Assembly: GCA_963791045.1 (NCBI GenBank)
Contig: CAWBQK010000013.1
Coordinates: 1-64,000, forward strand
Length of the DNA: 64,000 nt
Reading direction: 5' to 3'
Source: Candidatus Latescibacterota bacterium
GTDB lineage: Bacteria; Krumholzibacteriota; Krumholzibacteriia; WVZY01
The position numbers were made by a program, and so were the translations under genes. The notes beneath the pieces were generated by a model. That model worked only from the letters and a program-made list of their open reading frames with translations. It did not search any database and had not been told where the DNA came from. Positions 1-9,086 of this stretch are shown piece after piece (the stretch's first letter is position 1; every line of letters begins with the position of its first letter).

Positions 1-647
1 GTCCAGTAACGTCCCCTTCCATCGTCGTCATTGAACTTAAAGAATCGATCTATATATTCCTGTGCGTACGGCTGACGCTGATCAGTCCATGTGAATTTGT
101 TTGTTTTGGTGTAAAATAGAATGATGTCGTGAATCGGCCCGTAACGCTTTGCGCTACTGTGAGCATGGCTTCTTTTCCAAACAATTTCATTACGAAATTT
201 GTCATGACCGAAGATAGCGTCCATCAGCATCTTGAGATAGTGACTGGCCGTGGGATCACAATGGATATAGATACTTCCTGACTTTTTCAGAACGCGACGA
301 AGCTCGACTAGTGAGAGAGCAGTCATCGCCAAGTAGGCCATCATGTCGTTCTCACCCAAAAAAGTACGAAATGCTTGCATCACTTGCGAGACTTTGCCTC
401 CGGCCTCAACCACTTGCACCCAAATTGCCTCTGCTCCCTGGTCCCAATGCCAAGTATCTTCAAAAGCCCCTATTTGGGCAGCAGACTGGGTTCCGTCTTT
501 CTCTGCAAAAAGCACGTTGTAATTTTGGTCGCTTTTAAACGGTGGATCGAGATAAATTAAATCCACACTTTCATCACCGATATGGAGTTTAAGAATATCT
601 AGGTTATCGCCAAAATAGAGAATGTTCGGTTCCTTCTTTCTTTGCAC
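1..647 (-). CDS. Site-specific DNA methyltransferase (N6-adenine/N4-cytosine, beta-class order); 3' part runs off the window edge
   Basis: Not in the ORF track. Manual minus-strand translation from GTG at 647 gives MQRKKEPNILYFGDNLDILKLHIGDESVDLIYLDPPFKS...ELRRVLKKSGSIYIHCDPTASHYLKMLMDAIFG...FRNEIVWKR, with the DPPF catalytic motif near the N-terminus. AAGGAG RBS upstream. Confidence 0.9.
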   Translation of the reverse strand, partial: MQRKKEPNILYFGDNLDILKLHIGDESVDLIYLDPPFKSDQNYNVLFAEKDGTQSAAQIGAFEDTWHWDQGAEAIWVQVVEAGGKVSQVMQAFRTFLGENDMMAYLAMTALSLVELRRVLKKSGSIYIHCDPTASHYLKMLMDAIFGHDKFRNEIVWKRSHAHSSAKRYGPIHDIILFYTKTNKFTWTDQRQPYAQEYIDRFFKFNDDDGRGRYW

Positions 648-911
648 TCACCGACAACTCCTTCACTTTGTGACATTTCTTCAAACGAAGATAGACCACC
701 GGCACGGCTATTCTGGCCAAGGGTATGGAATAAATATCAAACCCGTCAAGAAAAACAAGAGCCCCAAAGCTGTTGAAGGTCTTTCGATTACCAACTTCAC
801 ATGCCGATTTGACGCCCGCCTTCCAGCCTCAAGAAAAAACCTTTCGCGAACGCCCATCTCTCGCTAGAATACGCTGAAGAACCCAGTTCAGCCGATTTGG
901 CCTAAGCAATC

Positions 912-1703
912 ATGGCGGACAAGGTCGCCCCTGAAAAAAGCGTATGGCGGACGCCCTTGGACATCGTCACCATTCCGCTACCCCAACCGCTGGAAGCCAT
1001 AATGGAGCATCCGAAAAGACCGCGCGGCCAAGCGCGGCAAGACATGGAAGAGCATTGCGAAAAGGTTCTTCGTCGGATTGAAGACCACTATTGGAAGAAA
1101 CAAAACTCCGATGACGAGGCCCAAATACCAGCTCCGAAAGTATGGCGATGGCTTGACGAAGGCGCACTGACAGATGCACCTCGGCATAGCCCCGACGGCA
1201 CCCCACTATCAATCGCGATGATGAATGCGAGAGTGTCCGCAATACGGATCATTTGGACACTAGACGCGAACGCAAACCAGAGGTCGGATACCCTCGGGAA
1301 ACATCTTGAAGAGCGCCTTGAGGATGCGTGCTTGTCCATCTTGCAAGGCGATGTGACAACCGCAGTAGTACAGAAGATTCTCGACCAAACCGACATGGCG
1401 CTGGCAAATCCTTATCGCAAACTCTCTGGAAATAACCAGCCGACAGCGAGTCATAACGATGTCCCACCCTGCCCCAGAGGTGTATCAATTGGTGATGACT
1501 TGCGCGAAAAGGCATGGAGAGCCCTGCCAGCTGAAAGTTGGTTCAGCAGTAGCATACTGCATCTTCCGTCTGAACTTTCCTTAATGTCGGAACGACTTGC
1601 CCGCGACCTCTGTCGAGGATGGGCTGCAGAGAACCACCTCGAAAGCAACAACAAAAAGACAAGCGCGCGACGTTACCGCAAGACCGCCGACCCCCCTCGA
1701 TGA
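912..1703 (+). CDS. Hypothetical protein (island-encoded)
   Basis: 263-aa ORF in an AT-richer region; no motif recognised. Confidence 0.55.
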   Translation: MADKVAPEKSVWRTPLDIVTIPLPQPLEAIMEHPKRPRGQARQDMEEHCEKVLRRIEDHYWKKQNSDDEAQIPAPKVWRWLDEGALTDAPRHSPDGTPLSIAMMNARVSAIRIIWTLDANANQRSDTLGKHLEERLEDACLSILQGDVTTAVVQKILDQTDMALANPYRKLSGNNQPTASHNDVPPCPRGVSIGDDLREKAWRALPAESWFSSSILHLPSELSLMSERLARDLCRGWAAENHLESNNKKTSARRYRKTADPPR

Positions 1704-1735
1704 AGATTGCCGAATCGTACCGAAGATTGCCGAAT
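1702..1735 (+). repeat. Direct repeat GAAGATTGCCGAAT x2, 20-bp period
   Basis: Exact 14-mers at 1702-1715 and 1722-1735, with a partial third copy (ATCGCCGAA) near 1739. Confidence 0.75.
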
Positions 1736-2021
1736 TACATCGCCGAACAACATAGCTATACTTTCGAGGTAATCGAAAGGTGATGCTATGTCAATCAATC
1801 GTTATTAACGCCGTATCAAGTGGCTTCCCGCCTCCAAGTTTCACCGCGACAAGTTCTCCAGTGGGCGCGAGACGGGTAATTCCCGAGATCAAGCTTTCAC
1901 CGAAAACTCGCCGCTATAACTGGGAGGCCGTTGTACTACATTGGGGCATCGAACCACGGAATGCAAGGTAGACCGATGAGTTCACCAGACGTGGACGTTA
2001 ACAATTCGACCGGTGATATAA

Positions 2022-2748
2022 ATGCGAAAATATGAACTTCCCTACTTTCCGCTCGACCCCCGCGATATAATCGCCAGCACGAAGCTCATGTTTCTTAACG
2101 CTGCGGAGCTTGGATGCTGGCTTCGGCTTGATCTTACTGCTGGCTTGACGGGTCAATCCCCGACGATGACGCAAAACTGGCCGAGATGACACGTGCGGGG
2201 GTTGACTGGGCACGATACGCGAGAGCGTTATTGTTTTCTTTTTCCAATCGGGACGGTCAATATGTGGACGATGACCTCGAAGCGGTGCGTATAGAACAAC
2301 TGGGGCGATTGCGGCGCATGTATAAGAGCAGGAGCAGAAACACGTAGAAAACAAAGCCAAAAGGACTCGAATTGTGTCGAAGATGGCGGACCCCGCGACG
2401 CTCCGGATTCCTGTCCGCAGCCCCCTCAGGGAAATCACGCCGACCCCTTCCCACGGAAGGAGTCGTGAAGCTTTCAAACTTAAAGATTTCCAAGTTGAAG
2501 TTCTAAACAAATGTGAGGATCGACCAACTGGGTGCGATCACCCCGCCAGTGCGACTTTTTTCCAAATCGGGAAATGGGTACCCGAATCAATCATCAATGA
2601 GGCGCTCGCCAGCATGCAAGATGCCCGAATGCGATCACTGGACCCTGAATGTGAGAACCCTTTACGCAATCACACTGCATTCTATCTTGGATGCATCCGA
2701 GACATGTGCCAGAAACAAGGGTTAAAGACGCCAATCAGATGGTTGTGA
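2022..2748 (+). pseudogene. DUF1376/YdaU-like phage replication protein, frameshifted
   Basis: MRKYELPYFPLDPRDIIASTKLMFLNAAELGCWLRL continues after a frameshift as YCWLDGSIPDDDAKLAEM, matching the DUF1376 N-terminal pattern. It probably continues into ORF 2374-2748. Confidence 0.55.
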
Positions 2749-2912
2749 ACAATCATCCGCCCCAATTAAATCAGTAGGTGGTTGAAAGGTAGTTGGAAGC
2801 ACCTTGGAACATTAAAACAATGAAGAAAAGAAAAAAGACAATCAAAAAAACCAAGGTTAAACAATGATCTGCGGAGTCGTTGGCAGATCCAGACTTGTAA
2901 CCAAACAACTCG

Positions 2913-3318
2913 TTGACTTTTGAGGAATCGCCAGAGGCACAGATGACAAAAAAGATGTGTATTGCCCAGCCCACGAAAAAAATTGATTCTGAGAGCCCAT
3001 CCGCTGAGTTGATGAAGCATAGCACGGATGATACATCACCGGCATTGGGAAACCTAACCGGTCTACACTCGTTTAGTATCGTTGCTGAATTAGGCAAACT
3101 CGGCGGTGGCACTATAGTCACCCAGAAATGGCTCGCGGACCACGTTGGATGCAATCCCATATCTATTAAGCGAGCCGTGGACCGAGGTGAACTCCCACCT
3201 CCCGTCAAAATGTTCGGCAAACCCACCTGGACTGTTGGCAGCAATAGTGCGCCATGTGGAGCATCGACTTAAGCTGGCTGCCGAAGAGGCAAAAATCCTC
3301 GCTCAACAAAGAATTTGA
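2913..3318 (+). CDS. AlpA/excisionase-like helix-turn-helix protein (probable frameshift near 3240)
   Basis: QKWLADHVGCNPISIKRAVDRGELPPPVKMFGKPTW resembles the AlpA/MerR-type winged HTH. It lies just upstream of the integrase. Start codon uncertain. Confidence 0.6.
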
Positions 3319-3561
3319 CTTATAGGACATCATAAAGTCAACCTAGCCGGTATGGTTAAAGCGATCCGGAAGCGCAAGTCATCGCAGACGAGTTTAGTAC
3401 CGGCCGACCGACCTACCCAAAGGAAAGGCTCGATGCTGAACGGGGTGCGTAGTTCGTCTTCAATGCCAACGGAGACTAACAAGATTGAACCAATCGGGCC
3501 AGAAAGTGGCGGTATACCGTCGCTCGTTATATTCGAAATCGAATCCTGGAGGATTAGTGTT

Positions 3562-4871
3562 ATGGCTGGAGCCCGAAAGAAACCGCGTGGCAAGGATGGC
3601 GTTTACCAGGGCTATTACGTCGATTGGACTGGTAAAAGGCGAACCTTCCGTGGAACGACCGACCGAAAAGACACAATAGCCCTCGCTCGGAAGCTCGAAG
3701 ATGACGACCGTCAAATCGCGTTGGGTTATCGATCGCCTCCAAAGGCCTCCGACGCTCCACGCCGATTTTTCGAGACAGCTGCCGAATACTGTCAATGGGG
3801 CGAAGCCAAGGCGGACGGGGCGGCAGACCATGGGGGGCGAAACACGCCAGGGAACGTCGCAGCAAGCTCGCGTGGTGGGGAAAACAATTAGGTCTCGCCA
3901 TGGTCGCGGACCTCTTGGAAAGCCTTCCCGTGTGGAAAAGGCTCTCCGAGAACCTGGCGGAAACACGAGCCGGTAAGACGGTGGCGAACTACGCCGAAAC
4001 GCTCGCGGCATTCTGCGATTGGTGCGTCACGCGCGGGATACTATGGATTCCGATCCTCTCGCCGCGCTCCAAGGATTCGACACGTACGCCGAAGACAGAA
4101 CGTCGCGCGCTAACAGAGGATGAAATCGATCGTCTTCTAACTCACTGCCGAACGGAATATCGGCTCTTGTATGAAACCGCGCTGGCTTCGGGACTCCGAG
4201 CCAATGAGTTGCGGAATCTCCAATCGCGCAATTTGGATTTGAATCGAGTCGGGGTTAATTTTTAGACGCTGAGTGGACTAAGAGCCGAAAACCGGCCTTT
4301 CAACCAATTCCTGGTGTTCTAGCCCGTCGATTGCACGAATCAGCCCTCAAAGGAGAAGCCCGCGAACTATACTGCCAAGGGCCGCATCTCGACGCCGAAG
4401 GTCTGCGGAAAGATGCCGTGCCGGTTGATCCGCTACTATACGTACCTTCTCATCCCGCATTCACGAACTGTATACGGACTTGAGCGCTGGCAGACGTTTC
4501 GCGATGGACGCCCGAGGGCAAAGTTGATTTCCATGCGTTGCGGACCAGCTTTTGTACTTCGGTGATCGAGACAAGGTGCAAACCTCAAGGAAGCCATGAC
4601 ACTCATGCGCCACTCTACTCCCGACATCACCGCCAACACCTACGCACGAACCCACCCCGACCGAATGAATCAATTGGCCGAAAAGATCGGTCAGCGGTTG
4701 AAATCGAACCAAAGTTGTGTCAGTAGCGTGTCAGAGGCGGTAGTAGGCGCTGAAGAATCCGTCGCCAACGCCAGTGAAGGCAAAAGGATAAGTGACGAAG
4801 AAGAATGGTGGAGGCGGCGGGAATCGAACCCGCGTCCGAAGACAGATCCATGCAAGCGTCTACGTGTGTAG
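3562..4871 (+). pseudogene. Tyrosine recombinase/integrase with several frameshifts
   Basis: GGAGG RBS precedes ATG 3562. Catalytic motifs are spread across frames: LASGLRANEL (R), DFHALRTSF (HxxR), LMRHS...ITANTY (H, Y). Confidence 0.85.
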
Positions 4872-5159
4872 TCCGTGGATTTAATCCCGTCCTCCGTTGC
4901 TCCCCACAGACAGGATCATCGAAGGACCCACCCCTAAGTTTCGCCGGGAACGCCGAGGCACTCAAACCCGACTATTCTCCAGAATATGACGCCCACTCAC
5001 CGGCCCTGGAGACCCAACCGGCGGGGACGAGCCACTATTTAAGCAGCCAGTGCGACTGGTTCGTCAACACTTCTTTGTTTGCCACAGTTTTAACGAGCTC
5101 ATGACAATCTCGACACGCAGCTTACACTCCACTATCCCCGTCGAACCCAAATCGCCCCC
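4806..5159 (-). ncRNA. ssrA: tmRNA (transfer-messenger RNA)
   Basis: 5' end GGGGGCGATTTGGGTTCGACGGGG and 3' end GGACGCGGGTTCGATTCCCGCCGCCTCCACCA, 354 nt. The tag reading frame ends ...EPVALAA-stop (5039-5068). Confidence 0.96.
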
Positions 5160-5332
5160 ATTCAAGGCTGGAATGCAATGCACATAATATATAGCAACTT
5201 TCGCTCCCAAAAGCAATCAGCGCCCGAGGGCGTCCCGCTCGAACGGTCCCGTTTCCGACGGCATCCGGGTGGTTCCCGTAACGCCAATGATGTGATATAT
5301 TTGACGAAATCATCCATCAAGGAGGAAGCCAA

Positions 5333-5629
5333 ATGAAAGTCATCGCCGATCTGACCGTTATCCCCATCGGTGTCGGGATCTCGTTATCAAAGTACGTCGC
5401 GGCCTGCGAAAAGGTCCTTCGCGACGCCAATCTGGAAATCAAACTCCACGCCTACGGCACCAACATCGAAGGCGAGTGGGACGAGGTATTCGCCGCGGTC
5501 AAACGCTGCCACGAAGTGCTCCACGAAATGGGCGCCCCGCGCGTGTCCGCCGTGCTCAAAATGGGAACACGCACCGACCGCGATCAATCAATGGACGACA
5601 AAATAAAAAGCGTCGAAGACAAACTGTAG
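5333..5629 (+). CDS. MTH1187/YkoF-like thiamine-binding family protein (DUF77)
   Basis: VIPIGVGISLSKYVA...HAYGTNIEGEWDEV...GAPRV...GTRTDR...KIKSV; AGGAGG RBS. Confidence 0.9.
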   Translation: MKVIADLTVIPIGVGISLSKYVAACEKVLRDANLEIKLHAYGTNIEGEWDEVFAAVKRCHEVLHEMGAPRVSAVLKMGTRTDRDQSMDDKIKSVEDKL

Positions 5630-5765
5630 CGACACTCAATAATATCAAAGTTATGATTGCGTGGAGCACCCTGAGCTATAGTCCGCTTGCGAAGGGTAGC
5701 GACACTCAATAATGTCAAAGTTATGATTGCGTGGAGCACCCTGAGCTATAGTCCGCTTGCGAAGG
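5626..5765. repeat. 70-bp tandem repeat x2 (one mismatch), containing CACCCTGAGC...GCGAAGG
   Basis: Units at 5626-5695 and 5696-5765; a related copy lies at 15985-16066. Confidence 0.9.
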
Positions 5766-5786
5766 CAGCCGTTCGAATTACACCGG

Positions 5787-6020
5787 ACATCGTTGAAAAG
5801 TTTAAAAAACTTTCGATGTCTGGTGTTTTTTTATTGACGGGTTTTTGAGAGCGGTTTTTTGATTTCGCAGAATACGTGCTGATTTCAACACACACACGCG
5901 ATTTGTTGAAATCAGAAACGCGCTTTTCTTAACTTTGACGTTTTTGATTCGTTAGTTTGTTTTTATCGCTTCACACGCCACGCACGGCCCTCCAAAAACC
6001 CCATGTTATAATACCAGTGT
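5787..6020 (+). promoter_or_regulatory. Conserved non-coding leader of HNH gene copy 1, with two hairpins and an extended -10 TGTTATAAT
   Basis: Hairpins GACATCG...CGATGTC (5787-5820) and CTGATTTCAACA/TGTTGAAATCAG (5879-5915). Sequence blocks are shared with 54726-54944. Confidence 0.65.
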
Positions 6021-6091
6021 TGACGATCCTCCCCGTTGACATGTGCAGCTGTCGTAAGTCAACACACGACGCCATTCCCCGGGAGGTTCCC

Positions 6092-7240
6092 ATGCCGCGC
6101 CAATCGCTCACCAAATTGTCCGATAACGCTCTTCTCTCTCGTCTTCAAAACTCGTCACCCACGAAAAGCAAACCACACTCTCTATACTAGAGCACCTCGC
6201 CGAGGTCGACCGGCGCGATCTTTATCTTGCCTATGGATTCAGTTCCCTCTTTGATTATTGTGTCGGCGCACTCGGGTATTCGCGGTCGGCGGCGGGCAGA
6301 CGGATCGCCTCGGCCCGTTGTATTCGTCGTTACCCCGAAGTGTTCGATCTTCTCGAGTCGGGCAAGGTCAACCTGTGCACAGTCGGTCTCGTCGCCCCGA
6401 TACTCAATGACGAGAACAAGGACCTGCTCCTCCGCGAGATCCGCGGCAAGACAAAGCAGCAGGTCGAGTCGATCGTATCCAGGTACAAACCACCCATCGC
6501 CTACCGCGATAGGGTGCGTCCCGTGCGTGTAGCCGTCCCTCAACCGAGGCAAAACACCCAGAATCGCCGTAACCCGTTGATTTTTAACTCCCACTGCGGG
6601 ACTAGCAATCGAACAAATTGCGGGATAGTTGATTCTGGCGGGAGCCTGGGGTCGAGCCCGAGGAGCAAGGAGACAACGAGCGCATGCCCCGCGCCGGGGG
6701 CGCCTGGCGGGAATGAACAGGGCATACGGTGCAGTGCCGCACGAATCGAAAAACGGTTACTGATTCAGTTTCTTGCCGGACGAAGAATTCATGGCCAAAC
6801 TCGAGGAAGTCAAGTCCCTGCTCTCGAACAAGATACCGAACGGCACATTCGAAGACGTGTTCGAAACGATGATGGACGAATTCATCGACCGTCACAGCCC
6901 CAAGAAACGAGAAGAGCGCAGAATGAAGAAAAACAAACAAGCCCCATCGACAAAACAGACAACAGAGAAGAGCGCGACCGACAAACAGACTCGCCACATC
7001 CCCGCCACGACACGCGACAAAGTCTATGTCCGCGACAACGCGCGATGCACGTATGTCGGCAATAATGGAAAACGGTGCAATTCCACACACAACTTGCAAA
7101 TCGATCACATAAAGCCTGTCGCGCGAGGCGGACCAAACACGCTTTCGAATCTTCGCTTGTTATGCGGCAAGCACAACCGGCTCGAGGCAAAAAGAGTGTT
7201 GGGGGAAAAAACAGTTGAACGATACAGCAGAAGAGAGTGA
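6092..7240 (+). CDS. HNH endonuclease with DUF222-like helical N-terminus (frameshifts near 6148 and 6775)
   Basis: LSDNALL...HLAEVDRRDLYLAYGFSSLFDYC...AAGRRIASAR at the N-terminus; RCTY...RCNSTHNLQIDHIKPVARGGPNTLSNLRLLCGKHN at the C-terminus. GGAGG RBS. Paralogous to 54960-56301. Confidence 0.85.
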
Positions 7241-7279
7241 TCCTACACACCGAACGAGACACCTGACCCACAAGCGGCG

Positions 7280-8176
7280 CTACTTCACAAGAAGCGTAGA
7301 GTGAAAAACACCGCCACCGGAGACATCAACGACATCGACGTCATACTGCCCTGGTTCGAGCGATCCGGGCGCGAGAAAGAGACACAAAGAATAGTTCTCG
7401 CTGAAAACCCGTCCGGTGACGGACCTTTCCCAAACAAGGTCAGTCCCCGCCTGAACGAGACGAACCGTGTACATATCATTGGGCACAGGCGGCGCACCCA
7501 GACCCGTAAGTTCGAGCAAGAGAAACTGCGCCTCGTCCGCCTCAAAACTCGCCGCCTCAAAAGTCGATTCCCCACCGCGCATGGCGCCCATCTCGTCGGA
7601 AACGATCGTCACGCCACCAAGCACGCCTCTCGAATCGCCATCAAAATCCCCACGATCCGGACGGGTCATTAGCAACCCGACGGCAACAACCGCGATCACG
7701 AGATAAACGGCCGCAGCCGCCGGCCTCAACGCGGCGCCTAAAAAGATTTCCCACCATCGCCGTCCATACACATCTTCACGGACAGACCGATGGGATACCT
7801 GTCGGGAGCGCGATTCAACCCCATCCTCAACGGACGCCGTCCGCTCAACAGTCTCGAGCATTTCGATTTCGTCCTGGCACTCGCGGCAGATTTCGAGATG
7901 CTTCTCGATACCCTTCCGCACTGAAGAGTCCATGGCAGCCCGGTTTTCTACGAAATCAACTAACGCCGCAGCGTCAGGATGGGCGGGAAACTCTTCAACC
8001 AGGATCGACTTGAATTCGGAGGCAAAGCCAAGGAGTTCGGCGCACGCCTCGCACTTCGCCACATGGGCCTCGACCTTCTGATTTTCCAAAGAGGTCAACG
8101 AACCCGTGGGCATCCAAACAAGAAGCTCCTGAATAACCCCACACTCGCCGTCTTGTGATATATTGCCACCGCTCAC
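7280..8176 (-). CDS. Membrane anti-sigma factor with two zf-HC2 (ZAS) motifs, one TM helix and an extracytoplasmic beta-rich domain
   Basis: HVAKCEAC and HLEICREC motifs; hydrophobic AAAAVYLVIAVVAVGLLM; directly downstream of the ECF sigma gene. Confidence 0.8.
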   Translation of the reverse strand: MSGGNISQDGECGVIQELLVWMPTGSLTSLENQKVEAHVAKCEACAELLGFASEFKSILVEEFPAHPDAAALVDFVENRAAMDSSVRKGIEKHLEICRECQDEIEMLETVERTASVEDGVESRSRQVSHRSVREDVYGRRWWEIFLGAALRPAAAAVYLVIAVVAVGLLMTRPDRGDFDGDSRGVLGGVTIVSDEMGAMRGGESTFEAASFEADEAQFLLLELTGLGAPPVPNDMYTVRLVQAGTDLVWERSVTGRVFSENYSLCLFLAPGSLEPGQYDVDVVDVSGGGVFHSTLLVK

Positions 8177-8246
8177 TTGGTTCTCCCCGAATAAATCGAG
8201 CCATCAACGACCCGCAACCGTTCCACGATATTCTTACGGACGCCCA

Positions 8247-8879
8247 TCACGGCGCTTGCATCAGCGCACGCGCGCCTTTCAAACATCGGAACAATTTGAC
8301 GCGCGCAGCCTCTTCCGAGATCCCCAGCCGTTTGCCGATTTCTTTTCTGCTGTAACCCTGAACGTACGCAAACAGGAGCATTTCACGGCAGCCCTGATTC
8401 AACTGCGACAGCACCCGGTTCAAATCGGCCCGGCGTTCGATTTCGCCGCCCGTCGAACGCGGCGACACAGGGTCAGCGCTGACGTCGAGCGACACGTGTT
8501 CGCCCCTGTTCTTGATTTTTCTGTAACTTGTAATACACATGTTTTTTGTAATGCGACGGACATACGCGCGAAGGTCTCCGCCTTTGAAACGTCCGTCTCT
8601 CAGATTCTGGACGACGGCGAGAAGTGTCGCCTGGACGATATCCTCGGATGTCTCGAACCCCCACACACGGTGCGCGGCGACGGATTTCGCCCAACCCGCC
8701 ACCAGGCGAACGTCTTCGGGCCGTCCCTGGAGAAAACCCTGGACGACAAGATCGGATTGGTCGGCGGAGGGATCATGAGCGCGGCCGGGATCGGGCAACT
8801 CCGATCGGTCCGGCGATTGGCTCACTCCCTCATCTGTTGCGTCTTTACGGTCTTCGGAAACCAAATGCTGCTCTCCCAT
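8247..8879 (-). CDS. ECF RNA polymerase sigma-70 factor
   Basis: Region 2 (SEDIVQATLL...YVRRITKNMCITSYRK) and region 4 (GYSRKEIGKRLGISEEAARVKLFRC). Confidence 0.92.
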   Translation of the reverse strand: MGEQHLVSEDRKDATDEGVSQSPDRSELPDPGRAHDPSADQSDLVVQGFLQGRPEDVRLVAGWAKSVAAHRVWGFETSEDIVQATLLAVVQNLRDGRFKGGDLRAYVRRITKNMCITSYRKIKNRGEHVSLDVSADPVSPRSTGGEIERRADLNRVLSQLNQGCREMLLFAYVQGYSRKEIGKRLGISEEAARVKLFRCLKGARALMQAP

Positions 8880-9008
8880 TCTCTGTTAAGAGAATGGTAC
8901 TCCTTCGTTTCCCGAGACGTCAAGGCGCCCGCTTCCCAATCGCCCTCTCCTCACCCAGCCGATTCAAAACCCGGGGCCCCCATGAGCACCACCCAACCCA
9001 ATGATTCC

Positions 9009-9034
9009 ATCGTACAGACGATCAAAACGTTACA
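9009..9034 (-). promoter_or_regulatory. Putative ECF promoter for the sigma/anti-sigma operon (TGTAAC-N16-CGAT)
   Basis: Minus strand reads TGTAACGTTTT-gatcgtctgta-CGAT, the same motif and spacing as 12154-12179. Confidence 0.7.
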
Positions 9035-9048
9035 CATGGGTTGACAGG

Positions 9049-9077
9049 TTGATTCACCCCGAACTTGGGTATATGCT
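9049..9077 (+). promoter_or_regulatory. Putative sigma70 promoter of the CHAT gene
   Basis: TTGATT-N17-TATGCT ending 10 nt before GTG 9087. Confidence 0.45.
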
Positions 9078-9086
9078 TACTGTGTT

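Larger units (their letters stand above)
1..4871. mobile_element. Right end of an integrative element (genomic island, prophage or satellite remnant) inserted at the tmRNA 3' end
   Basis: Tyrosine integrase abuts and overlaps the ssrA 3' end. AlpA-like, DUF1376-like and MTase genes are present, and the region is visibly more AT-rich than the rest of the window. The distal att copy is outside the window. Confidence 0.8.

Noticed and set aside
4806-4850. Separate tRNA gene
   Set aside because: It is the tRNA-like 3' domain of tmRNA.
4805-5104. 99-aa ORF MVEAAGIEPAS...
   Set aside because: It is the antisense translation of tmRNA, a well-known spurious ORF type.
5626-5765. CRISPR array
   Set aside because: The units are contiguous near-identical 70-mers with no unique spacers, and there are no cas genes in the window.
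6092-7240. IscB/Cas9-like nuclease
   Set aside because: No PLMP or split RuvC motifs are visible, and the HNH domain is C-terminal.
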